64,000 bases of DNA from Candidatus Magasanikiibacteriota bacterium (GCA_003518365.1 DOYU01000021.1:492-64491), one strand, 5' to 3'. Counted from the stretch's first letter, positions 37,284-46,914 are shown. A program made the numbers and translations. The notes: generated by a model from the letters alone, not told the origin.

Positions 37284-38626
37284 AAAAGCTACACAAACAA
37301 TTGAACCATGTCAGATTGACAAAGCAAGAATCGGCAGATATGCGTGGTGAGATGTTGTCATACATGAAAGAACACCCAGCAGCGGTAAGTCCTGTAAGAA
37401 AATCTGATCCTATCCGACATAGTATGGGTATAGGGAAACACTTCCCTATACGCTTACTCGTAACACACAATCGTATGTTTGCAGGAATCTTACTTGCCAT
37501 TGTGGCAGCACTCAGTGGAGGGACCGTATTTGCAGCACAAGGAGCATTGCCAGGAGATATGCTGTACCCAATAAAAGTGAACGTCAACGAAGAAGTACGT
37601 GGTGCCTTCACATTGAATACAGAAGCAAAAGTCGCATGGGAGACTACCCTTGCAGAACGTAGATCACACGAAGCAGCAACACTTGTGACAGAAGGAACAC
37701 TTGACGAAGACGTCGCAGCAGACCTTTCAGCCAGGCTCGCAACACATCTTGACAAAGCCGAATCGCTCATGGCAGAGCTGGAAGCAAAAGGAAATCTGGA
37801 AGCCGCTGCCAATGCCCAAAGTAGACTGGAAGCGTTATTGAACGTCCAACAACGCATCTTCCAATCACTTGAAGATGACGCAACCGCTGACACAGAAGAC
37901 AACACCACTACAAGCACTACAACCACAACAACGTCAACAGATACTGACGACGAGGATGATGATACAAATGATGACAATCGAAAAAATGTGTCATCAATCA
38001 CCCATATCCTCGACGCACTCGAACATAAAGCTGATGTTCAAGAACGGGTGAGAGCAGACTACGCAGACAAACTTGAGGAAAAAGATGAAGACGACCGAGC
38101 TCGTACGCTCGCTCAAACAAAACAAGTCACTGAAACAAAAATTGCAACCACAGAAAAAATCCTTCTCGCATTTGAAGAAAAAAATGGCGCACGAACAGAA
38201 GCACACACAGCATTTAACGCAGCTGTCAAGGTAAAACAAGAAGCTGATCAAAAACTTCTTGCAAAAGAATACGGCGATGCATTTGAACTCTATCACAAGG
38301 CGCAAACCATGCTTGATCGCGTTCATCTCTTCTTACGCACTTCAGCCGCTATTGGGATTGATCTCCAGATAGACACTGATCGTGATGACGACGGGGACGA
38401 CGACCGAAATCGATCAGACGAAAAACGTGAAGATGTGAATGATGAAGATACAGACGACGAGCAAAATGCTGATGATGCAGACGAGAAAGAAGATGAAGAG
38501 AAAAATGATGATGATACTGATGAAGATGACGCACTCAATATTGAGATAGAAACCGACGCACTTCTCGATATTGACGACAAAGAGACACGCAGCGAATCAA
38601 AGAGTCGCGTGAACATTGGATTGTAA
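37280..38626 (+). CDS. DUF5667-type membrane protein, anti-sigma-like, with a long acidic low-complexity C-terminus
   Basis: ATGA overlap with the sigma gene. A single TM (AGILLAIVAALSGGTVFA) followed by GDMLYPIKV (DUF5667-like), coiled coil, and D/E/T-rich repeats. Confidence 0.55.
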   Translation: MKKLHKQLNHVRLTKQESADMRGEMLSYMKEHPAAVSPVRKSDPIRHSMGIGKHFPIRLLVTHNRMFAGILLAIVAALSGGTVFAAQGALPGDMLYPIKVNVNEEVRGAFTLNTEAKVAWETTLAERRSHEAATLVTEGTLDEDVAADLSARLATHLDKAESLMAELEAKGNLEAAANAQSRLEALLNVQQRIFQSLEDDATADTEDNTTTSTTTTTTSTDTDDEDDDTNDDNRKNVSSITHILDALEHKADVQERVRADYADKLEEKDEDDRARTLAQTKQVTETKIATTEKILLAFEEKNGARTEAHTAFNAAVKVKQEADQKLLAKEYGDAFELYHKAQTMLDRVHLFLRTSAAIGIDLQIDTDRDDDGDDDRNRSDEKREDVNDEDTDDEQNADDADEKEDEEKNDDDTDEDDALNIEIETDALLDIDDKETRSESKSRVNIGL

Positions 38627-38727
38627 ATAACAATTTTTACATGATAAACCACTTGCATTCATGCTGGTGGTTTATATTTACGCTCGTTCTAATTCTATGG
38701 ATGCTTTTGATAACGGCTACAAGTAAA

Positions 38728-38868
38728 CAAAGGGTTTTGAGGGGGAAGCTGTTCGAGCCTCATCGCTTGTCAATGAGTACTTTATTAGCGCCGACACAGG
38801 CGAGTTCTTCCCCCCAACACTTTTTGTTACTTTTTGGTGACAAAAAGTAAGGAAAGAAGTGACTTACA
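38728..38868 (+). repeat. Structured intergenic repeat element, copy 1 (about 140 nt)
   Basis: About 85-90% identical to 54775-54912. Internal pairings GAGGGGGAAG/CTTCCCCC and the terminal hairpin TTACTTTTT-GGTGAC-AAAAAGTAA. Compensatory differences occur between copies. Confidence 0.65.
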
Positions 38869-39001
38869 GTGGGTGACCTAAAAATTTGTTTACAGAATAG
38901 ACTCTCATATACTGAATGACGTTCAAACGTGCAGCATGTTACTTTCTCACGATTCTATCGTATACTATAGTAGAAGCATACAAAAAGATATCTTTTTCCC
39001 C

Positions 39002-39571
39002 ATGAACAACACACATATACAGCGTTGGGCCGATGCCGCATCACACGGAGATCGTGAAGCTTTTGGTCGTCTCTATGATCTGTATATCAAAGAGATCTAT
39101 CGCTTTGTCTATTACAAAACACATCACACACAAACGGCAGAAGATTTGACTGCAGATATTTTTGTCAAAGCAATCAAAAATATTTCCTCATATGTTCACA
39201 CCCACGGATCCTTTCGCACATGGCTCTATACCATCACGCGAAGTGCAGTCATCGATCACTATCGGACACAAAAACATGATTCGCCCATAGAAGATGCATG
39301 GGACATCGTGCCAACAAAAGATACCACACAACAAATCCATGCACGCATAGAGATAGATCAGCTCAAACCGTATCTGGCACAATTGTCATCAGAACAGCGA
39401 GATATTCTTGTTCTCAGGCTATGGCAAGCAAAAAGCTATAAAGAAATAGCAGACATCCTCGGCAAAAGTGAAGCAAGCTGCAAAATGGCATTCTCCAGAT
39501 CTCTCAAAACACTTCGTGACAACATGCCCCTTCATCTCTTCCTCATGTTTCTTACCACTCCATTCTTATGA
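39002..39571 (+). CDS. ECF-type sigma factor (second copy)
   Basis: WADAASHGDREAFGRLYDLYIKEIYRFVYYK...DIFVKA (region 2), LRLWQAKSYKEIADILGKSEASCKMAFSRSLKTLR (region 4). Start trimmed to 39002. Confidence 0.8.
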   Translation: MNNTHIQRWADAASHGDREAFGRLYDLYIKEIYRFVYYKTHHTQTAEDLTADIFVKAIKNISSYVHTHGSFRTWLYTITRSAVIDHYRTQKHDSPIEDAWDIVPTKDTTQQIHARIEIDQLKPYLAQLSSEQRDILVLRLWQAKSYKEIADILGKSEASCKMAFSRSLKTLRDNMPLHLFLMFLTTPFL

Positions 39572-41067
39572 AAAAAATACATACATTTCTCAAAGAACTC
39601 TACGCCATCGATCCAACGCTGAAAGCGCATGAAACAGAACTCATCATACTCCTCACGCGCATGCTCGAACAAAAACCAGACGTACATATCGACGACGCAT
39701 TTGTATCCTCACTTCGAAAACGACTTGTGGGGACACCGGTACCGTCATCACCTTCATTCTTCACGCATCTTTTTATGAACAAACAACCAGCCTTCATTGC
39801 AACAGGTGCAGTCCTCTCGCTCGCGTTGCTCGTGGGTGTCTATCACTATGGCACGACACGTACAGGCATGATCTCAGGAGGCCAATTTGCTTCGATCTTT
39901 TCACCAAATGAGGTCGTCCACAGAAATGCAGGAGCCTTTGGTGTGCTCTCGTCAACAGAAAGCGCTGCCGCACCGACAGCAGAATCAGTCTCCTTTGATA
40001 CCAGTATGCTCAGCAGCCGTATGCCAGCAGATACGGTGGTCGGCATGGGTGGCGATGGCGTGGATGCAAAGATGATGATCGCGCCAGCACCATACCGCTA
40101 CACATACACGTATACTGGCGAGCCGCTCGAGCTCACTGACACCACGCTCCCAGTCTATCGACGCATCGTGCCAACGAATGCATCACAGGCACTCGGTACA
40201 CAACTCAGCAATGTCGGCACAGGTCTTGTCGATTTGTCCTCATTTGGCACACTGCATGCAGAAACGATTTCTATCTATGACAACGAATATCGTATCACTA
40301 TCGATATTGCCAATGGGCAAGCAAGTATTTATGAAAATTACGACAATCGACAGGACATCTATCGTGAAGCCACAGAAGCAGACATGTTGCCAGAACAACA
40401 ATTGATCGACATCGCAGATGCATTTTTACGCGCACACAATATCAGCACAGCGGGTTATGGCACACCAGTCGTAGATATGCAGTGGAAAACAGTGCAAGCA
40501 AAGCAAGAAACTGCTGATGCAGCATACCAGACGTATATTCCAAATATCATCACGATCATCTATCCATTCCAGCTCGAAGATCATACTGCGCATGACTATA
40601 GCGGATTGCCAGAGGGCATGCGTGTGAATGTCGACATCTTCACAAAAAAAGTAAATAATGTCTCAAATCTCATGGCAGGAGGATTTGAAGCATCAGACTA
40701 CGATGTGACGACAGACAGTAGCCGCGTGATCTCACTTGCAGAGCAAGGTGGACTCAACATGTATCCATGGTATGCAGAAGAGTCAGAAGAACGAATCCTC
40801 GAGCTCGGCACGCCAACGCTCGTCTATATCCAGCACTACTTGCCACAGGAAGGCAATGCACGTTCGTACGAAGTGTTTATCCCTGCACTCCAATTCCCTG
40901 TACAAAATATCCCAACAGATGAACCATTCTACAGCTCACGCATTATCACGATCCCGCTGGTCACCAATATTCTCGATGAAGAAAGAGACCGCCCGATCCC
41001 TACAGAACCACCGATCCTCCTGATGAAAGATGGTGCAGAGCCGGCAGTGGAACCTGCGGTAAGATAA
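39568..41067 (+). CDS. membrane-anchored protein coupled to the ECF sigma (anti-sigma candidate)
   Basis: ATGA overlap with the sigma gene. One TM (AFIATGAVLSLALLVGVY), then a large extracytoplasmic domain. No family recognised. Confidence 0.45.
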   Translation: MKKIHTFLKELYAIDPTLKAHETELIILLTRMLEQKPDVHIDDAFVSSLRKRLVGTPVPSSPSFFTHLFMNKQPAFIATGAVLSLALLVGVYHYGTTRTGMISGGQFASIFSPNEVVHRNAGAFGVLSSTESAAAPTAESVSFDTSMLSSRMPADTVVGMGGDGVDAKMMIAPAPYRYTYTYTGEPLELTDTTLPVYRRIVPTNASQALGTQLSNVGTGLVDLSSFGTLHAETISIYDNEYRITIDIANGQASIYENYDNRQDIYREATEADMLPEQQLIDIADAFLRAHNISTAGYGTPVVDMQWKTVQAKQETADAAYQTYIPNIITIIYPFQLEDHTAHDYSGLPEGMRVNVDIFTKKVNNVSNLMAGGFEASDYDVTTDSSRVISLAEQGGLNMYPWYAEESEERILELGTPTLVYIQHYLPQEGNARSYEVFIPALQFPVQNIPTDEPFYSSRIITIPLVTNILDEERDRPIPTEPPILLMKDGAEPAVEPAVR

Positions 41068-41083
41068 CAATTTATTTCAACAA

Positions 41084-41160
41084 AAAAGCCACTCACTTCC
41101 CCCCTGTACTGATGCTGAGAATCTCAGAAGCAATACAGGATGTGTGAGTGGCTTTTGTTG
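41084..41160. terminator. Bidirectional rho-independent terminator with nested stems
   Basis: AAAAGCCACTCAC...GTGAGTGGCTTTT 13-bp outer stem, inner CCTGTA/TACAGG and CTGAGA-AT-TCTCAG. Flanked by an A-tract and a T-tract between convergent genes. Confidence 0.65.
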
Positions 41161-41210
41161 TACCGCCCACGCATCCCGTTGTCAGGGTTGGGGCGTGGGT
41201 GGAGCAGAGG

Positions 41211-42287
41211 CTACGCGAAGCCACGAACCTTCAGCTCGTGTCGAACCTGGTCTCCTACCAAGATCGGTGGGTAGAGGCTATCAATCGCAGCCAGGTGGTC
41301 CTCATTGAGGCCTTCCAAGAACATCGGTAATGGGCGAAGCATGTGATCCGATCGGAAATGAACAAAGAATGTGGACGACACACTGACCAACGGCCATCCC
41401 TCTTGTTCGGAATACTCCATCGCTTTAATGGTCTCTGGTAGGGAGACAACCTCGCTGAAGCTTGCCAAAAGCTTACCCCCGGTAAGCCACTCGAGCTGCT
41501 GTCCGACCTGCACGAGGAGCCAGCCATCAGGCACACAAACCTTCTTCGGCTGTCCGTCGGGGCCCCAGATAATGAGCCCTGGAAACCGAGACTTGCCGTG
41601 GATCGTCAATGCGTTCAAATCCGTATTGAAGGCATTGATGATCGTGTCCTTCTTGCCATGTTCTCGAAGGTTCACACCACTCGGAACCAGGAGATGTGGG
41701 GCTTTTTTCAACAAACGAGAGAAGGTATCACGTTTGAGCCCCTGTGCCAGCGCAAGCATTTCACAGACCGTACGAGCGGTCTCCAGCATCTTCTCTCCCA
41801 ATGCGTCCATCGTGCTGGCCCACTCATTCTTGAATCCGCTCGGGATTACCCGATCAGCGGCGTTCTGCACAGGAAAGGCGGTGGACGCCGGACGCTCACC
41901 AATAGGCCAGGAAAAACGCTCTCCCGGATCTCCCTTACAGTTGCAGGGCGTCACATAAGGGCGATATTCAGGCGGCATGCGGGCGATGAAACCACGATAA
42001 TCAGGAGGGCGCTCAATGTACGGTGGAGAAACTCCCACATGATAGCCCAGATCCGGTCGTTGATCATGGACCCGATCTTTGTAGGGGTTGCCGAAGTAAT
42101 CCTCAAGCATGTTCAGGTATCTTTCGTTGTCACTCGGCAAAATCCGCGGATCGCGCACAAAAACTGCTGAGTGCTGCTTCAACGATTTGAAGAGTCTCCT
42201 GGCCTGCGACATGTCGTGTTTCAATCCCTTCCTGCCTACAAATGTGGACAAGTGGACATATGGAATACCCAACGCCCCGTATCGCAT
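41211..42287 (-). CDS. 2OG-Fe(II) oxygenase / isopenicillin-N-synthase-like fold protein, visibly high GC
   Basis: Architecture NTDLNALTIHG...GLIIWGPDGQ...WLLVQVGQQLEWLTGGKLLASFSEVV parallels HxD...G-LQV...HRV, but with Asn and Ser-Glu-Val in place of the expected His residues. G/C-rich codons. The start may instead be 42212. Confidence 0.4.
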   Translation of the reverse strand: MRYGALGIPYVHLSTFVGRKGLKHDMSQARRLFKSLKQHSAVFVRDPRILPSDNERYLNMLEDYFGNPYKDRVHDQRPDLGYHVGVSPPYIERPPDYRGFIARMPPEYRPYVTPCNCKGDPGERFSWPIGERPASTAFPVQNAADRVIPSGFKNEWASTMDALGEKMLETARTVCEMLALAQGLKRDTFSRLLKKAPHLLVPSGVNLREHGKKDTIINAFNTDLNALTIHGKSRFPGLIIWGPDGQPKKVCVPDGWLLVQVGQQLEWLTGGKLLASFSEVVSLPETIKAMEYSEQEGWPLVSVSSTFFVHFRSDHMLRPLPMFLEGLNEDHLAAIDSLYPPILVGDQVRHELKVRGFA

Positions 42288-42471
42288 GATTCACCTCGCT
42301 TTCTCACCAATACGAACATCGTATTGGGAAGTAAAGATACACTACACGACGTATTTCTGACGGTCAAGGTATGGGTTTGGAAGAGTGTTTTTTTGAAAGA
42401 AAATACGTTCGTATACGTACTACGTATATATGAGTACACAGTAGCGTAGATATTTTTTTTTATTACTCGTT

Positions 42472-43065
42472 ATGAACAAACATATTCTCGTTTCATTGTC
42501 TTTTTTATCAGTAGCTCTGGTAATTTCTGGTTGTGGAAATAACACAACTACACCCAATGCTTCTGATACAGGTACAGAGCCAGGTCAAGAACGATTTGGG
42601 AATAATCCAAATGCTCCACAAACTCAGGCTGATATTGTGGGTATTGTGAAATCTATGGTTGGGAATGAAGTGACCATTACTCAAATCGATATGGACAAAA
42701 TGCGTGAGGCAATGGCTGCCAGTAGGCCAGATAGCCAACCTGCAACGGGTGAGGAAGGAAGGAGTAATAATTTTGTCGCAGGAACAGGACCAGGTATGGG
42801 ACCGGGGGGCGGTATGGGTCCTGGTGGTGGTATGGGACCAGATGGTGCCAATATTGATAGTGAAGAAAGAAATCAAGCACTCTCTGACATGATGAAAGAA
42901 TATAGTGCAGGAGACGTAAAAGTAATACTTCCTGTAGGGATTGCGATGAACCGTCGTGGGGAAACAGCAAGTTTAGCTGATGTTGCTGTTGGTGCCAATC
43001 TTTCTATTTGGTTAAATACGTCAGTCAGTGACAAAAAAGTAGCTGAGTATGTAAGTATTAGATAA
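42472..43065 (+). CDS. lipoprotein with a Gly/Met/Pro repeat
   Basis: Signal plus lipobox LVISGC. The (GMGPGG)x3 repeat is PGMGPGGGMGPGGGMGPDG. Confidence 0.6.
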   Translation: MNKHILVSLSFLSVALVISGCGNNTTTPNASDTGTEPGQERFGNNPNAPQTQADIVGIVKSMVGNEVTITQIDMDKMREAMAASRPDSQPATGEEGRSNNFVAGTGPGMGPGGGMGPGGGMGPDGANIDSEERNQALSDMMKEYSAGDVKVILPVGIAMNRRGETASLADVAVGANLSIWLNTSVSDKKVAEYVSIR

Positions 43066-43066
43066 T

Positions 43067-44905
43067 ATGTCTCAAGAAGAATCAATCATTGCTCAAAGCA
43101 AAAAATTTCGTCGTGGAGGATACATACCAAAACTTTTGAAAAATAAAAAAGTACTGATGATAGTGCTTGTTTTGGTAATGACTCTTTCAGGCGGATATTA
43201 TGTGTATTCAAAAATCGCAAAGAACAATGATACCGCTGTTGCTACGAAAAAAACATATACCGTAAAAAAAGGTGATATTCGTATTTCTACCAATGCTGAC
43301 GGCAGTATTGTTGCCAAAGATGGTGTGAGTTTGTCTTTTTCGAGTACAGGTGTCACGATAAAAAATGTATATGTAAAAGAAGGCGATATCGTCAAAAAAG
43401 GTGACAACATTGCAACAGCCGATACAGGTACCCAAAGCATTGATTTGCAATCAGCGTATGCTTCGTATACGTCTGCGAAAGCAAGTTATGAAGAAAAAAT
43501 TGCAGGACCTACAGAAAATGATTTGGCTTCCTACAAAAATTCTGTTGAAAGTGCTCAAGCAAGTCTTGATAAGACGTTGAAACAAAATGAATATGCAATA
43601 CAGAGTGCGGAAAGTTCTCTAGAAACAGCTCTTGCTAATTTGAAATTGTCAGAAGGTGGTGAACAGAGTCAGATAGTACAAGATGCGTACAACGATATAT
43701 ATCTGGATTCACTCAGTGCGGTGACGAATCTGAATGCAGCGCTTACTGCCTCAGATAATATTCTTGGTATTGACAACATATTTGCCAATGATGTTTTTGA
43801 AAATGTATTATCAGTCTTAGATAGTGCGAGCATTTCTCAGGCAAGAAATTCTTATCTTGTTGCAAAACATACGTTGACAACTGCAGAAAATGCCGTTGTG
43901 GTATTGAATGCTTCTTCTCCTCAAGGAGATATGTTGGCGAGTGCCCAATTAGTTCTAGTAGCTATTACCCAAATGCATCAGCATTATTATGATATGCAAG
44001 AAATGCTTGTAGCAACGCTACCCATTGGTGATCTGTCACAAAGCTCCTTAGAGAGTATGCGAAGCAGTGTGAATAGCAAAAAATCATCCATGGTTTCTTT
44101 GCTCAGTTCTTTCAATGCTTCTCTGAAAGCCATAGATACAGCAACATCAAGTTATGATTCATATAAAAGAGCATATGAAAATGCTCTCCAAGCATTGGAA
44201 AAAGCAAAGAGTGATGCTGAGTCTTCTGAAATAAGTGCCAGATTGAGTCTACAAAATGCAGAACAACAGTTGAAAGAGGCATCGGCTCCTTTGACAGAGT
44301 CTGAGCGTAGTTCCGCCAAGAGTAGTCTTGCAAATGCAAGTGCAAGTGTACAAAAACTTCAATATCAAATAGATCAATCTACGCTCAAATCCCCGATTGA
44401 TGGTGAAGTGGTATTGTTGAATGGGAAAACAGGAGACATCATCGTGGATGAAAAAAATTCTCCTTTTGTAACAATTTTGAATAAAGAAACATTTTTTGTT
44501 GAGACAAATATAGAGGAATCTGAAATAAGTAACATCCAAGTTGGTCAAAAAGCTCACATCATTGTTGATGCACTCGATGAAGCAACGCTTGAGGGTACGG
44601 TCAATTTTATTTCCCTTACTTCTGAAAGTGGTACTGGTGGTGTTGTGACGTACCTTGTGCGTGTGTTGCTAGATGATACAGAGTATGTTGATGTGAGAGA
44701 AGGAATGACGGCAGGTGTGGACTTCGTGATTGCGGAATCAAATGATGTCCTGATGGTGCCAGTGCAAGCAGTACAAAATGTAAATGGCAAACCTGCAGTA
44801 ACCATGAACAATGGAGATACCAGAGACGTTGTCACTGGTTTTACAGATGGACAAACAGTGGAGATTATTTCTGGATTAGAAGTTGGAGAACAAGTAACCT
44901 ATTAA
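43067..44905 (+). CDS. HlyD-family periplasmic adaptor (MacA-like) with an extended coiled coil
   Basis: N-terminal TM, biotinyl-lipoyl-like YTVKKGDIRISTNADGSIVAKDG...VKEGDIVKKGDNIAT, long alpha-helical hairpin, beta-barrel LKSPIDGEVVLLNGKTGDIIV. Confidence 0.7.
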   Translation: MSQEESIIAQSKKFRRGGYIPKLLKNKKVLMIVLVLVMTLSGGYYVYSKIAKNNDTAVATKKTYTVKKGDIRISTNADGSIVAKDGVSLSFSSTGVTIKNVYVKEGDIVKKGDNIATADTGTQSIDLQSAYASYTSAKASYEEKIAGPTENDLASYKNSVESAQASLDKTLKQNEYAIQSAESSLETALANLKLSEGGEQSQIVQDAYNDIYLDSLSAVTNLNAALTASDNILGIDNIFANDVFENVLSVLDSASISQARNSYLVAKHTLTTAENAVVVLNASSPQGDMLASAQLVLVAITQMHQHYYDMQEMLVATLPIGDLSQSSLESMRSSVNSKKSSMVSLLSSFNASLKAIDTATSSYDSYKRAYENALQALEKAKSDAESSEISARLSLQNAEQQLKEASAPLTESERSSAKSSLANASASVQKLQYQIDQSTLKSPIDGEVVLLNGKTGDIIVDEKNSPFVTILNKETFFVETNIEESEISNIQVGQKAHIIVDALDEATLEGTVNFISLTSESGTGGVVTYLVRVLLDDTEYVDVREGMTAGVDFVIAESNDVLMVPVQAVQNVNGKPAVTMNNGDTRDVVTGFTDGQTVEIISGLEVGEQVTY

Positions 44906-44916
44906 GACTGAATGGT

Positions 44917-45627
44917 ATGAGTGAAGAAGTTGTCATACAATTGAAAGATGTCCACAAATCTTATTATTTAGGCAATGGCGAAGAAGTACAGGTCTTAAAA
45001 GGGGTTGATGTAGAAATAAAAAAGGGAGAATTTGTCGCACTCATGGGAGAGTCTGGTGGTGGAAAAACCACGTTACTCAATATTCTAGGATGCCTCCATC
45101 CCCTCTCTTCTGGTACATATTTACTCGAAGGAGAAAATATTGGAGATGTCCGTGATGATGGAACGCTCGCGTTTATCCGTAACAAAAAAATGGGCTTTGT
45201 GTTTCAACAATTCAATTTGTTGTCACGTCTCAGTGCTCTCAAAAATGTGGCATTGCCAAGTCTGTATGCAGGAGTCGACAAAGAAACGAGAAACACAAAA
45301 GCAAAAGAACTGTTAAAACTTTTATCAATGGAAGAAAGAACAGAACACAAACCAACAGAGCTTTCGGGTGGTCAACAACAACGTGTCGCCATAGCACGCG
45401 CGCTGATGAACGACCCTGAAATAATTTTGGCAGATGAACCGACAGGTGCTCTTGATTCAAAAAATGGTTTGGAGATTATGGAAATTTTCAAAAATTTCAA
45501 AAACCAACAAAAGACGGTCGTGATGGTAACGCATACCGCAGAAGTTGCAAAATACGCTGACAGAATTATCTATATGCGTGATGGTAAAATTTTGGATACT
45601 CATTATCAGTTGAAGAGTGAGTACTAA
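44917..45627 (+). CDS. ABC transporter ATP-binding protein (MacB/LolD-type)
   Basis: GESGGGKTTLLNILG (Walker A), [15 protein letters not shown] (signature), ILADEPTGALD (Walker B). Confidence 0.9.
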   Translation: MSEEVVIQLKDVHKSYYLGNGEEVQVLKGVDVEIKKGEFVALMGESGGGKTTLLNILGCLHPLSSGTYLLEGENIGDVRDDGTLAFIRNKKMGFVFQQFNLLSRLSALKNVALPSLYAGVDKETRNTKAKELLKLLSMEERTEHKPTELSGGQQQRVAIARALMNDPEIILADEPTGALDSKNGLEIMEIFKNFKNQQKTVVMVTHTAEVAKYADRIIYMRDGKILDTHYQLKSEY

Positions 45628-45685
45628 TTTTTTGTGAATATACTAGGTAAAAAATTAGAGTTTACGAGGATCATTTGTTGAACGT

Positions 45686-46894
45686 ATGTTTTTAGAAATA
45701 TTAAAAATGGCAGGTGAAGCACTTTGGTCCAATAAGATCCGAAGTTTTTTGTCAGTGCTTGGTATTATTATTGGGGTGTCTACGGTTATCGTAGTAGTAG
45801 GCATTGGGACTGGAGCAAAAAAACAAATAGAAGAACAATACAAAAATCTGAGTGCGACGACCATCATGGTCATGAAACAGATGGGACGAGATGCTGTTTC
45901 TTCTTCAAAACTGGAAGCAGAAGATGCCACTGTTATTTCTCAAAATATTGAACATATAAAGAGTACCACCGTTTTTATTTCGGGCAACTCAACGGTTGCG
46001 TATGGACAAGAATCTGGTTCAGTAAATACATTTGGTATCTATGATACTTTTTTTGATATAGGTAATTTAGAGCTAGAAGCTGGGAGACTTCTCACTCAAG
46101 AAGATGTGAGTAATAAATCAAAAGTCATTGTCATTGGTTCAGGTGCGTTGACGACACTTTTTGGTGAGGAGGCTGAGACTACTCAAGCGGTCGGTCAATT
46201 TATTACTGTTTCTAATAAAAAAATGGAAATAGTCGGCATCCTCAAAGAAAATGGAGGAAGTGTGATGGGGAGAATGTCTTATGATGATGCGGTGTTTGTC
46301 CCATATACGACGGCTGAAAGTATGTTGGGAAATCAAGCCAACATGATGATTGTGGTACTTATGGATGATGTGGACAATTTGCAAACAGGCATGGATGATA
46401 TTACCACTATCTTGCGAATTCAGCATAAACTCAAAGCAAGTCAGGCTGATGATTTTCGTATTTTTGATCCTGGTTCTATTGTCGGCGCTGCCCAAAGTTC
46501 TGCAGATACCATGTCATTACTGTTGGTATCGATCGCAACGATTGTGCTTATTGTATCTGGCGTCGGTATTATGAATGTCATGTTTGTGACGGTGGCAGAA
46601 AGAACAAAAGAAATTGGTATTGCAAAAGCAATTGGGGCACAAAAACAAGATATCTTGACTCAATTTTTGGCTGAATCAGTGATTTTATCAATTGGGGGAG
46701 GAATGGTAGGAGCATTACTTGGTCAAATCATCATTCCCATTTTGAATACATTTGAAGGTTGGTATGTTGTTCCATCTGTTTCTGGAGTGATATTGTCTTT
46801 TACGTTCTCAGCTATTGTAGGTTTATTTTTTGGATTTTATCCAGCACTCAAAGCAAGCAAACTCGATCCTGTAGATGCGTTGAGGAGTGAATAG
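45686..46894 (+). CDS. ABC transporter permease, FtsX/MacB-type
   Basis: N-terminal TM, large periplasmic MacB_PCD-like domain, and a C-terminal 3-TM FtsX domain (TKEIGIAKAIGAQKQDIL). Confidence 0.8.
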   Translation: MFLEILKMAGEALWSNKIRSFLSVLGIIIGVSTVIVVVGIGTGAKKQIEEQYKNLSATTIMVMKQMGRDAVSSSKLEAEDATVISQNIEHIKSTTVFISGNSTVAYGQESGSVNTFGIYDTFFDIGNLELEAGRLLTQEDVSNKSKVIVIGSGALTTLFGEEAETTQAVGQFITVSNKKMEIVGILKENGGSVMGRMSYDDAVFVPYTTAESMLGNQANMMIVVLMDDVDNLQTGMDDITTILRIQHKLKASQADDFRIFDPGSIVGAAQSSADTMSLLLVSIATIVLIVSGVGIMNVMFVTVAERTKEIGIAKAIGAQKQDILTQFLAESVILSIGGGMVGALLGQIIIPILNTFEGWYVVPSVSGVILSFTFSAIVGLFFGFYPALKASKLDPVDALRSE

Positions 46895-46914
46895 CACATT
46901 TTGATTGATGTATA

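Noticed and set aside
37994-38658. Minus-strand ORFs 37994..38326 and 38323..38658 (Cys/Phe- or Ser-rich)
   Set aside because: They are antisense to the acidic GAT/GAA/GAC repeat region of the anti-sigma-like gene, where the complement of the low-complexity region is stop-free.
41148-42449. Plus-strand ORFs 41148..41330, 41371..41958, 41598..42170 and 42171..42449 in the high-GC islet
   Set aside because: They are antisense or alternative frames of the 2OG-oxygenase-like gene in G/C-rich DNA with no RBS or motifs. The same logic applies as for the lipoprotein region.
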